From Curvularia clavata (Eukaryota): a stretch of 64,000 nt of DNA. The stretch lies in assembly GCA_023920165.1 (NCBI GenBank), contig CP089274.1, positions 930,001 to 994,000 of the forward strand, given 5' to 3'. A program made the translations under genes and the position numbers. Positions 40,119 through 52,360 of this stretch are shown piece after piece. The first letter of the stretch is position 1. Each line of letters opens with the position of its first letter. The notes beneath the pieces are model-generated. The model worked only from the letters and a program-made list of their open reading frames with translations, ran no database searches and was not told the origin of the DNA.

Positions 40119-41343
40119 GCGCGATGTGTATTGGACTTCACGAACCTTGGACATGTCATGTTATGAGAAGAGGCTGTTTGGCTTTGATGCGTACCAGTGT
40201 GATGCATCACATCCCACCGCGACCCTAGCTGCGGTGATGACGTCTCGGGGCCCTTTGCGGCATTTTTCATCCTTGTTATTTCTACAGCGTTGAAGCATGT
40301 TTTCAACCAAAAGCATTCTGTATTCAGTTTTGCATACATTGATAGCATAGAGAGTTTAATCTGGCAGAAGCTGTTTCGATAGCATTGCGATATTTATCGA
40401 GGCTGCATTCATATAGAATATAATCAAAGTCCTCAAAAAATCGCCAGTGCACTTTTTTTCATTTTCCTGTGATATCTTGCTTACGATACCGTGGCGTTCT
40501 TAACTGAAGGGTGTTTCCTGTTCGTATTTGATGTTTATGCATCAAGCTTAATTTGGCTTCAATCCTTGCTCTCACCTGCTGTTCTCAAGCCAGTGGAAGC
40601 TTCGACGGTGATGGATACCTCTTACTGTTTGCTGATTTCCATTCCGTTCCATTCCTCCACATTGCTTTCGTCGTGCCTCTACTAATCCCCGTTTCATTAC
40701 TCTTATTTCTGCCAGTGCTACGCAGTCAAGTCCGAGTTCATAAAAACTATTCTTTCGTTCTGCAGGCTAAACACATCATCGCTAAACAAAGAATACCGTT
40801 GCGGCTACAAACGCTGCTATGACTAGAGATCGGAAAATCCAACATGCATTGTTACTTTACGCAGCCTATGAAGCCACAAGTATGGGAACTGCAAAGAACA
40901 CTGAGCAAGCCAGACATACCACACTCCCAAGTCCAGTCCGAGCATGCACAACCCGCGAAGTCGAAATTGGCCAATACCCCATCCCCCAAATCCAAGGCGT
41001 GGTACCTGGAATCCGTCGCTTTCGACAATCGACTTCATCCTCACCTTCATGTGCACATTCGCACGTTTTGCAACTGTCAACAGCAAACAAGGTCTCAGCA
41101 AACAAACCGTTTCCTATACAAGACGGAACCGCCGTTTGCCCAAGTTCAAACACATCAGCACTACAAAACACGCACTCAACCACCTCACGACGATCAAATT
41201 ACCCTCGCGCCTCACCACCACCTGTTTTCCTTTACCCAGTCGCCATCGTCCCGTACACGTTTCCTCCCGCTCAACTCAGGACTGAACACACGCGCCGTGT
41301 ATGCACCGAGGTCCCACAGCAGAGCATACACAAGACATCACCA

Positions 41344-42123
41344 ATGCAGCGTTCAGACGGCTCTCTCGCCACCTCACTACCCACAAGCCTCAACGTGATA
41401 TTTCTCATCACACTTGCGATTATACTCCTTGGGGTAATATGGTCGGTGATAAACTTCTGCATCAGTTTCCCACCAGGAAGCTGGAAGATATTTCGTACAA
41501 GACAGCAACGCAGTGAGAGGAGTAACGGTGCTGAACGTCCGGAGGAGGCACGACGAAATGGCATCGAATTGCAGGTCATGAATGACAATACAGGAGGTGC
41601 TGGACGCAATGCACAACCGCCTTTGGCATCTACACGCCGCCATGCCCACACATCGCAAGACGACAATCCATTTACTTCGCGCTCGGCTCTCTCAGCCGCC
41701 TCATCCCCGTACAACCCTTTTTTGGATCCGCCTGCTGCACGGGTTGCGGGAGTGCAGAGGCCAAGGCGAGCGCATAAGGTGAGGTCGTCGAAGGAGTGGA
41801 AGGAAGCGCATGCTGCTTTTTTCGGCGGCACGGCGAATACGGCCAAGTCTTCCTCGACGGACGAAGTGGCAGAGAATGGGGAGCGAAAAGTGGATGGCAA
41901 GGAGGCAGTGGAAGAGGCGAGGGCGGAATCTGTCAAGGAGCAGAAGGAGGATAAAGGGGATCAAGCGAGCGAGAAGGATCAAAGTGACAAAGGGTGTGGG
42001 GACGATGGGCTGACAGCTAAGGGCGTCAAGTGGGTGAACGAGACACTGGACATGCTTGATGGTGCTGTGGGTGAAGCGGCAGCAGGGATTGCCAAATCGA
42101 CAGACGATAAGAAGGTGGACTGA
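41344..42123 (+). CDS. Hypothetical single-pass membrane protein
   Basis: Open frame 40819-42123. The hydrophobic segment NVIFLITLAIILLGVIWSVINFC follows ATG 41344, then a hydrophilic tail with two NPF motifs. Start uncertain. Confidence 0.55.
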   Translation: MQRSDGSLATSLPTSLNVIFLITLAIILLGVIWSVINFCISFPPGSWKIFRTRQQRSERSNGAERPEEARRNGIELQVMNDNTGGAGRNAQPPLASTRRHAHTSQDDNPFTSRSALSAASSPYNPFLDPPAARVAGVQRPRRAHKVRSSKEWKEAHAAFFGGTANTAKSSSTDEVAENGERKVDGKEAVEEARAESVKEQKEDKGDQASEKDQSDKGCGDDGLTAKGVKWVNETLDMLDGAVGEAAAGIAKSTDDKKVD

Positions 42124-42341
42124 GATTGCGGGCTATTTTTTTTGTTTCATTTTTGATATTCAAGTTACGTGGGACGAGGTACAAAATCGGTCTCGGCGCC
42201 CTTGGAGCAAAAATGGTATCATGCAAGGTGCTGCTCAACGCCTCCCTTTTATACCTTACATTCGTGAAATAGATAGTTGAAGAAAAACAACGCCAATAAT
42301 GCTTCGACAGGTTGAGAAACCTGGAAGGAGGAAATTACATT

Positions 42342-43824
42342 TCAGATGTCAAAGTCTTTGCTCAGTATTTGCTGCGCTTCCACATCTAGCTTCTTGCTGA
42401 TGAGACGTCCAGCTACCAAGTCGCCGACTTTCTCCACTAGCCGTTCTCGCATGTCTTCGAGATTTGGTGCTTGGTATGTTCCCTCTTTCTTTGCCTTTTC
42501 GGCTCGTTCCCTCACACCTTTGGGTACAAGGGCAGGGAAGGAGCCCACGAGCACTTCAAGCAGTATCTCAGCGTCGTGGCGTGTGTTTTCCTCGGCCAGC
42601 TTCTTGGAAAGGAAATCTTCGCTGTACATCTTGATGTTGGGCAGGATTAGTCCTCGCAGTGCATCGGCTGGACCCAAGACGAGGAGCAGAGCTTGCAGGG
42701 CGCCGAAATGCGCGCCAACTGTCTTATCGGGGTCCATGAATTGCTTCAGGCATGTGCGGGCAATACGAGATTTCAGTCCCTGGTTTGATGAAGAATACTT
42801 TCTGCAGATGTTCCTGAGAAGGTGTGCCGCCAGTGTCCGTAGGTAAAAGGCGTCGGACGCAGCACGGCTGTAGTCAGGCGCTGCCCCGCCCAGCGTTTCT
42901 GAAGAGGCGTTAGAGGGCGCCTGTTGAGTAGTTGGTCCCAACTTTCCGCCGATGCAGCAGGTCAGGATAGGTGGGACCATGTATGCAATATAAGGATCAA
43001 GGTAGATGGCCTGGTTGTTTAGCAGGGCCTCGGAGGCGCGCATCATCTGACTTAGTATGAACAAGTTCTTCATGTTGTGTGTGACCTTCTCGGCTATGAA
43101 ACTCAAAAGATATGTCGTCAGCTGATGGATGCCGGGCTCTGTCGAGATTGCGGCGAGTGCTGCATTCTGCCACTCGATGTTTGTTTCGTCGACAAGAGCG
43201 CCCGACAGCTTGTTGAACAACTCTTGAGATTCCTTAGAAAGTACATGTTTGACGAGTGGCTTGACATTGACGTTGTCGAGGCCGTTGGCAGCAGCCAGAT
43301 GTGGGTTTGCGTTGGGACCCTTGGGTAACAAGTCGGCGGTATTGGTATTGGGATTCTGGGGTATGGACGGCTGGACTCCTTCTACGGCGAGCCAGTGGGC
43401 TGGAGAGAGTCAGGGTTTGGGAACGGGGGAATGGCGGGGCGTGTAGCTTACCTGTGAAGGTGATTTCCCGTGGCACCTTGGGCAAGGGCGCATTGATGAG
43501 TTTCTCGAAATCGACCTCCTCATCCTCGACATAGTACAGAGGCTGGCCAGGCCCCAGCGAAGCCTCACCAAAGCGAAGTGGTCGTGTAGATTCGTAGCCA
43601 TAGAGAGGCTCCACGTTGAGTACCTTGAGGGCATTGGAGATGTCCTGTGTGCTCAGAGTTGTCCGCTTCCCGTGTCGCATGAATTTGAGCGCTTCCTCCA
43701 GGACCTGTGCCAGGCGAAAGTCGACGTCGCGCGCTAGCTCTTCAACAACATTGTCTGCAAGTGAGGCAATGCCTACCGATTCGGCCACGTCTCGCACATT
43801 GTCGGGGTTCCAGACTGAAGACAT
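42342..43824 (-). CDS. TAF6: TFIID/SAGA subunit Taf6
   Basis: H4-like histone fold ([10 protein letters not shown]...[36 protein letters not shown]), [17 protein letters not shown] and VKHVLSKE; intron 43400-43451. Confidence 0.95.
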
Positions 43825-45184
43825 GTTGGCAAAGGGTAGTGCGAGGCGCGGAGAGGATCAAGCGGACCGTAGGAAGGGAGCCGATGGGAGGGCGGCGAGG
43901 GTATCACCAGACGGGTGACGCAATAAGGGAATTTGTGATTGTTAGCCTTACGACCCAGTGAAGCACATAGCGGACGCGCGCATGTGTGGGTGGGAAGAGG
44001 CCGCCGCGGAGATTATAAGCTGTGTATCGCCGTGTTTCATATACGACGGGGCAGCGGCGGTTGATGTGTAGTCGTCGAGGAGGAGAGTTGGTAGAAGACG
44101 CTCTGCCCAGGGCTTGGATTGGCTGCAGGCGGAAGCTGCGCGCGCAGAGGAAGTCGCGATGCGTGATGGCTCTCGCGTCAGGCTTGGCGCGCCGCTCTAT
44201 CATCCCGCCCGCCGTCGTCCCCTCACCACCTCCACAGCCGTCGTCCTCACACACCTTCACAGCCCCCGCGTTTACCCTCACACCGATGACAGTAGTCGCT
44301 GCGTATGCACACATCCACATCAACAAGTGTGAAGACCTGTCAAGAGCAACAGTCCTTTATCCATTGGCCAGTTGTTTGCTTCACTCGCGAATAGACAAAC
44401 ATTGCCGCTTCACCACGTGCTAGCATCTGTCGACGCTGACACCAGTAGTTTTAGCATTGCCCCATGTCGCCGTCCTTCCAAAATGCGACTTGTCCTGTTG
44501 AGCTTCGATCCCAGGGGCAGACTTCGCGTATCGACCAGGCCCTTTGGTAGACCGCCATTTGCAAATGCCCCGAGAGGGAAAGCAAAGCTCGCCCAAACAT
44601 GCCACCCACTGGCCGCGCGGCTGCGGATCGTCTTCCCCGACGCCTCGTAGTCTTGAAGCAGTCTTGATCCCTGCCTACCGTTGTACGACGATGATTCTAC
44701 TGTAGCTGGCCGCCACGTTGTTTCTGTCCTTTCTCCAGGTTCGGTATCTAGCCCACAACCCAGGCTTTTTGCAACAGGGTCATGTCTTGATTTGCCATTC
44801 GTGCTCCCGTCCTACCCAGCTGCCTCAATGCCAGTTCAATCCGCCCGCTGCTTCGGACTTGGTGCTGCCTAACGCCACCCGTCTATCCGTTCGGGCCGCT
44901 GTGATTCTGGTTGTCTTTTCCGTGGCTGTTTGGACACGCCAGCTTGACATACGCCTGTGTAAGCCACTGGAAGGTCCCTAGGGCATTTGGAATGCAAGCG
45001 TAAGAAAACCGCGTCTCAGACTATTTAACCTCGACACTACTTTAGCGTTTTGTCCCGCAGAACCCATTTCTCCTTCTGCTTTCCACAACCACGGCCCCAT
45101 CCCAATTCTTCACCATCTACTTGATCAACTGAACTGCTGTCTCCAATTGTTTCGTTACCAATTCTGTTCGCTTCCATCATAACA

Positions 45185-45436
45185 ATGTTGACTCAATACT
45201 TGGCAAGCCAACCCTATGACTTGATGAACACGCATCTCGCCCATCATGGATCAAACCTAGCTACCGCCTTGCCGCCACGAGTCCGCTCGAGAGAGGACCC
45301 GCCATCTCCCCCTCCCCAACCTCCACCAAGCCCAGCTCATTGGAGCCGCCTCGTTTCCGTGAGTAATGCTGTAAGAAACACCGTATCTAGCTCATATCCT
45401 GCCAAGATTGACTCGCTATCTCCACTGGACATTTGA
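45185..45436 (+). CDS. Candidate small proline-rich ORF / uORF
   Basis: ACAATG start context, pyrimidine-rich leader, TATTTAA near 45022; EDPPSPPPQPPPSP; possible in-frame 48-nt intron 45359-45406. Confidence 0.4.
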   Translation: MLTQYLASQPYDLMNTHLAHHGSNLATALPPRVRSREDPPSPPPQPPPSPAHWSRLVSVSNAVRNTVSSSYPAKIDSLSPLDI

Positions 45437-46504
45437 GGTCAAGCCCAGCAATATCAGTTCGGTGAGTAGTTCTCAGCCTGTCAATCTCGGCTTTTCCTGA
45501 TGTTTCTGTACAAGGAGAACTGTGCCTTTTCACCATACAACATTGCCCATCGACGACGAACCAAACCACCCTGTCACTGGATCGTCTTACTCCATTTCTT
45601 AGACCGTTGCCGCCCACGCGAGATCTTGTCAGGTATTCTATGTTGTATACATGGCTTATGTAGGGTGATTCAAGCAATACTTCTGGAAGCCTTGAGCTGT
45701 TCCTTGCTCTGCTTGTCGAGGGTATGACCAGGGGCGTTGAGGTATTCTGTTGAAAATGTAGCCGAATGTGCTTCTTGTACGACTCAACCTTGTGGAGATG
45801 TCTTTTCCATCTCATGGGGCGCTCTTTACCCTAAATATAAACAGTATTCACACGATCCTCATAGTATCCAGGCTTGGCTAACTATTCATCCCCCTGCTGC
45901 TGTACTATATAAGACACCACAAATCACAACAACCTAGCAAATTCCCTTTTCGTCAAAGGCGGATGAACTAATTCAACAAGACCGCAGTCCCCACCTCGCG
46001 AACCAGCGGGCCTCGTCATGGCCCAGCCGAACCATCACATAGTAAGACGGCTAGACTTTATTGCAATGCCAAAGTATTATTTCTAGTGCTACACTCCACA
46101 CCTCGCTTAGGGATTAGCGCGCACTAGTCGTGAGCGGTGTTTCGGCTTTTCCAAATTTGAAAACCCAGACGGTGCAGCTCCACCCCAGTTCACTATACAT
46201 TGGATCAAACGTGCGTGCACTTCTACCACGTTGCCACCCTCCTTTCTCTCGATTGTCTTGTACAATCATCCCTTCCCTACACAAACACAAAACGCACACC
46301 GCCATTCGGGCTCTGCTACAGACTTGTCTGGGTCTTGGCACGGGATCTACAAGTCCCCACTATCCGCCACCGGCGGTTACCCCACGGCATCCTGCCACTT
46401 CGTAGCTGTAGCTGCTTCAAAGAAGAACCCCTTCTTTCTACGCCTCCATTGCTGACCCTTCACCACACCCGCACCGCTACCTTCGCCTCACGTGCGGAAT
46501 TATA

Positions 46505-49500
46505 ATGGCTGCTAGTGAGCAGGATACCACGGAGCAGATTCTCCAATGGTACTCCAATCTCTACAGTCGCCGGGTCGACCTGGTAGGCGACTTCGCAGGG
46601 AGTGAGCGATTTCTCGTACACGGCGAATCGCTCCTACTCCAATGCTTTAACGACCCACATCTCGACTTCGATCCAGGCTACCAATTGTTGCACGCCTCGT
46701 ACATTGTCGAGAGATATCTGCAGAACCTCCTTTCCCGAAGCTGCAACTTTCACATTGCTTTCTTCGACGAACATCAAGATCTTTGCGTGCCTCAAGATGC
46801 ATCCCCCACTATCAGCCAAAAATATCTGCTTGCACGGGCAGCTATCATCCGCCATCTCAAAGTCAATCTACCAGACGTTGTCCCAGAGACTGAGGTCCAC
46901 GTTTTTTCTTCAGTCTCCTCAGACGAGTTTGCAGAATATTTGCGTGCCACCGACATTTACTTTGTGCTTTGTCATGATGGAGCGTCATTCACAGATATTC
47001 GCAAAAGAATGCTATCACAGAACGATCTTGGCGCTCTTCAGGCCGAAAACTCAAATGCAAAAGGCCGTCACCAGGACTATAAGTCGTCATTCCGTACTTT
47101 TATCTACAGCATGATGCAGCGTGGTTACAGTGCAGCGCTTGTGAACGGGCTTGAATGGTTGGATACCAAGGTGGTGACAACTGTTTTAGAGCACGCACGC
47201 TCTATGCACATCGATGTTTCATCAGCAGTAAGTACATGAGTGTGACGGCCTGTACGGCATTCTTTGTATTGCCTAAAATAGGTGCTAACACCTAAAATTA
47301 GGCTCTTCAACCAGAAAGGAATCTCACAGATATTGTCGATTTATCCCATATGCGTGGCTACGTACAGACAATCAGGGAGTCTTGCGATCAGCTCCTGACC
47401 GAGCGTGAGTATCTGACAGTATTGGTCGCTTCGAAGCTTTCAGCTTCAAACGCGGATCTGACATCTCTGCTACTGCACCAGGCAGCAGCTCTTTCAGAGC
47501 TAGCTTTGCCAGAGCGCATCTTCCAGCATCAAGAGATTTCTGAAGAGATCAACAACTTTATTCTAGAGTTTTGCCACGAAGCGCGCAGGTTCATCAGCAG
47601 CCCAGCATGGGCAGAAGCTTTTGCTGGTCACCCAGACTGTGATCTAGCCGATCTTATCGATGGAAGACTGCTCGCTTCATATGCTCAGAATGCTCCACCA
47701 AAGTTCAATGAACATTTTGAGCTCCTTCTCAAGGCAACAAAAGCTCTCAACAACCTTGAGATACCCTCAGAACCTAGCACATCTTCCGCTGCAAAAGACG
47801 TGCCAGAGAACAGCAACGATGAGGAAAGCCTTAAGTACAAGGTTTTGCCTTTCTCGAATAGCGTCTTCGACCCACACCTAGCATCTATCCATCTTGATGT
47901 AGCACGCTCCAGTGGCAAGGCCGACTCAACTTCTGCTACAATCTTTCGCGAAGTCACGCATTGGCATAACCAGAAATCTCTGAATCAGAAGGCTAAAGTG
48001 GTTATAGAGAAGGATCCGAAGATTGCGAAGAAAGCACTTCGCCGGAACCAGTTTTTCATGGCTGAAATGACTTCATACGCAGCCAGTCTAACCAACGCTG
48101 TCGGCAAAGTCCTAGACCCAGAAGTCATCACTCTCGGGGACAAGGCGAAGCCTGCACAGACCAATGCGGAGAACAAGCGACCGAAACAGGTGCAGAGGCA
48201 AAGTACTAAGAATATCAACGCCTCAAAACAGGCCATGCTGGACAACATTGCGGCCAGCTCGAAGCGCAAAGATGAAGAGAACGCGAAACAATGGTACCAG
48301 GCCTGGACAGTTTCCTGTGCGGGCTTCGAAAAGCAGATTGACCTAGCGTCTCGGTATAACAAAGCCAGACAATACTTGGCTGACCGCAGCGAGGCTCAGC
48401 GTCAGGTCATTGGTCCGGATGTACGCATCTACATGCTGAACGTACTCCTGGAAATGTGGGTACGTTACTGTCGTGACAACGCGAAGGACAAGGGGCTGTA
48501 TGTTGCAGCACTCCTTTTCGATACTGCACGGACTCTGTGCAACTACAGTGCGGTTACCAAGACCATTGCGGTATGCCTCAAGGCCACCATCGAGCGATTG
48601 AAATTGCCGAAGCTGCAGGTGCCGCCAGCGCAAGGAGACCGGAAGCTCCCCTTCAAGTTTGTAAGTTGATCCTGGCCTGAAGCACTCCGCACCATGCTGT
48701 AGTTTCGCTGCTAACTATTCCAGGCTTTGGAGGAGACTCTAGTATCGGACCTTGCTTTGACACTTTCTCCAGGAGAGTTCCAGCTACTCCATTGTGGACC
48801 TTACTTTGATCGGACAATTGACTCTGCTCCGGACTCGCGTGTACCATTTGAGCCAGACGCGTGGCAGCGACGGGTACTGGACGAGATCGATGCTCGCAGA
48901 AGTCTTCTCGTCATTGCACCAACATCGGCCGGTAAAACTTTTATTTCGTTCTATGCCATGAAGCAGGTCTTGGAGGCGAACAACGAAGACGTGCTGGTCT
49001 ATGTTGCTCCAACAAAGGCACTAGTTAACCAGATTGCCGCTGAGATACAAGCTCGCTTCTCCAAAAACTACAAGTACAGTCAATCTGTATGGGGAATTCA
49101 CACGCGAGATTACCGCATAAACAACCCTACCGGATGCCAGATCTTGGTAACAGTACCCCATATCCTGCAAATCATGTTACTGGCGCCCACTAATGCCAAG
49201 GGTTGGTCTGAGAGGGTCAAGTGGATCATCTTCGATGAAGTTCATTGTATTGGCCAAGCTGAGGATGGCTTGATTTGGGAGCAGTTGCTGCTCATGGCTC
49301 CTTGCCCTATCATCGCCCTTTCTGCTACTATCGGCAATGCCGAGTCTTTCAATGACTGGCTATCAGCTAGTCAAAAGGCCGCCGGGAATGAGCTCGTGAT
49401 GGTGCAACATCCCCATCGATACTCTGATCTTCGCAAGTTCGTCTATACGCCGCCTCTGAAGCGTGAACCAGCCAGCTACTTGCCTCTTCCCGCCAACCGG

Positions 49501-52008
49501 TCGTTTGCTCAGCTCGGTCTCGACGAACACGCAGACTTTACTTTCCTACACCCTGTTGCCAGCTTAATCAATCGGAGCCGAGGTCTCCCCAGTGATCTGT
49601 CACTCGAAGCTCGAGACTGCCTCACCCTTTGGCAAACAATGTGCAAGCATCAGACTAAAGAGTACCCTGTCGATAAATCACTCGATCCCTCCCAAGTTCT
49701 CCCCACCGTCATTAAGAAGGCAGATATCATCAAATGGCAAGATGGTCTTAAGAAGACCCTCACTGCTTGGATGGCCGACGAGTCGTCGCCTTTCGAGAAG
49801 GTGCGCAGTGATCTCAGCAGCCCACTTAACCGTATCCAGGAAGTGTCTGCCAGCAGCAACACCGAGGAAGAAACCACCGACAACAACGGAGAAGTCGACG
49901 AACTGGGGATGGAAATCAACCACGACATCTCAAGTATACTGCCGCTGCTGGCTGATCTGCAACAACAAGATGCGCTCCCAGGCATCATCTTCAACTATGA
50001 TCGTGCGATCTGCGAGAAGATGTGTCAAACCCTCATGAAGCAACTCGTGGACGCCGAGGTGGCCTGGAAAGAAACAAGCCCCAAATGGAAAATCAAGCTG
50101 CAGCAGTGGGAGGAATGGAAGAAGGAAGTCCAGCGACGAGAGAAGCAGGGTCTTCGTGGAGATGCTTCCAAGGGCATGACCAAACAAGATCAAATGAAGG
50201 AGGCGGCCAGCGTCGAAGTCAGCGCTTTTGCCTCGTTCGATCCGAACAAGCCTCTCGATGGCTTCCACTTTGCAGATCACAAGAAGCTGTCCCAAGAAGA
50301 GTTCGCGGTACACGCGAAAGAACTACGCTACCGTGGGGTAGAGGAATGGCTAATTGATGGACTTATGCGCGGAATTGGAGTCCATCACGCTGGTATGAAC
50401 CGAAAGTACCGATACTGTGTCGAGATGCTCTTCCGTAAAGGTTACCTCCGTGTAGTCATTGCTACAGGTACGCTTGCCTTGGGTATCAACATGCCGTGTA
50501 AGACTGTAGTCTTTTCAGGAGACTCTGTCTTCTTGACTGCTCTCAACTTCCGTCAAGCTGCTGGTCGTGCCGGTCGTCGTGGTTTCGACATGCTCGGAAA
50601 TGTTGTCTTCCATGGAGTGTCGCTCAGCAAGATTCACAAACTCATCAGCTCCCGGTTGCCCGATCTCAATGGTCACTTCCCCATCACAACTACTCTGGTA
50701 TTGCGATTGTTCAGCTTGCTACACACGTCAGGAAACGCACCTTTTGCTGTTCGCTGCGTCAACTCTTTGCTGTCTCAGCCGCGCTTGTACCTTGGTGGAC
50801 AAGATGCAAAGATGACAGTGCTTCACCACTTGCGATTTTCCATTGAATATCTTCGCAGACAGTATCTTCTAGATGCGCAGGGTGCACCGCTCAATTTCGC
50901 TGGGGCAGTCTCGCATCTTTACTTTACAGAAAACTCATCGTTCGCATTCCATGCCCTGCTCAAGGACGGATACTTCCACGAGCTATGCGCCAAGATTGAC
51001 ACGAATAAGGAAACGGTTCTTCGTGAGCTTATGCTCACAATGTCACATTTGTTTGGCCGACGTTACTGCCGACAAGCTGATGAAGAGTACGTACAGGAAG
51101 TGGTCAAGAAGAGCCCGTCTATAGTGTTCCTCCCAGCAATGCCCGAGACAGCTGCCAACGTTCTGCGCCGCCACAACAAGACTACACTCGATATTTTCAC
51201 AGCCTACGTGCGCACGTTCGTCGAGCAGCATGTGAAGGAACCGGACAACACCCTTCCATTGACCCAAGTCACTATCGGTAGCGAGTCTCCGAAATCGGGC
51301 AAAAACATACCTCAAAATATCAAGGCTCGCTCAACATTTGTGGCCTTGTCCGGATACGACGACAAGTTCGAGACTATCCACGACTTGTGCACCACCAGCC
51401 GCGCTGGCGTCTTCCTTGAGGAAGCCGTTGTACCACACGTCGGCCTTTACCCTAACGACTCCGAACTGCCACTGAACGCTTACCTTTATGACTTTTTCAT
51501 GCACGGCGACGTCGAAGCGCTCATCAAAGCCAACAAGATCCGCCGTGGAGATGTATGGTTCGTACTCAATGACCTGAGTATGATTCTCGCAACAATCACC
51601 ACAAGCTTGTCCAGTTTCCTAGGCCTGGCAAACGAATCAGACCTCGACTTCATCGATGTCCGCGGTGGTGGTGACGACGAAGAGGAAAACCGCGAGGACA
51701 AGATGCTGCCCAATGAAAATGCTATCGAAGCCAACGCGGTCACAGCTGCTACGAACAAGGGCCCTGCTAAGCAGGAACTCACGATCCAGCCCAAGAAGAC
51801 TGTCAAGAAGAAGGTTGAGGAGTCTTGGGAGGACGAAATGGGCAGTGAGTCTGAGGAATCAGAAGTCGAGGAGAGCTGGGATGCTGAGGACGATGAAGAC
51901 AAGGAGCCGCCTGCTTGGGAGGAAGGCGAGGGCCTGTTGAATGTGTTGAAGGCGTTCAAGGCGCTCAAGGAGGAGTTTGACACCAAGTTTAGGGCTATGT
52001 GGGCTTAG
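46505..52008 (+). CDS. Large Ski2-like DExH RNA helicase, DDX60-like
   Basis: APTSAGKT, DEVH, LSAT, ATGTLALGINMP and QAAGRAGRRG motifs; long N-terminal extension starting DLVGDFAGSERFLVHGESLL. Exons 46505-47227, 47302-48660 and 48724-52008 (about 1790 aa). Confidence 0.88.
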
Positions 52009-52360
52009 ATGTAGCGTGTTGTTACATTACTTGGCGATGAAAAGTGCATGCGGGCTATGCTTAGCGCTGTCAAGACTGAAGAGATGAAGAGGCCATGAGA
52101 GATAGATGAGGATGGAGTAAAATGTGAGGAAAATACAGCTAGCAATAATCTGATTCATATGCCTGTACCATAGAGTCTTGTCTTGTATCTCAAAAAACCC
52201 TATGCCATAACTCCATGTTCTATGATGCTGTCTTGTATCAAACAACGATACACCCTCTAATGCACAAAATATGTGCCATCTAAAACGTCTTGCATGCCCT
52301 ATGCGTTGCTTCATCTCTACTGTCTTCTCTTACTCTAGTTTTTGGTCATCGCAACAAAAT

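Noticed and set aside
40819..41343. 175-aa N-terminal extension of the orphan membrane ORF
   Set aside because: It overlaps several equally long alternative frames and looks like non-coding leader, though it cannot be excluded without transcript data.
1967..43824. TRA1, TAF6 and TFC1 as a transcription-machinery cluster
   Set aside because: Separated by unrelated genes; compatible with chance in a gene-dense chromosome.
43825..46504. Long intergenic gap considered as a telomerase RNA locus
   Set aside because: No TAACCCTAA template seen; only partial matches (TACCCTAAA near 45827, TTAGGGATTAG near 46107).
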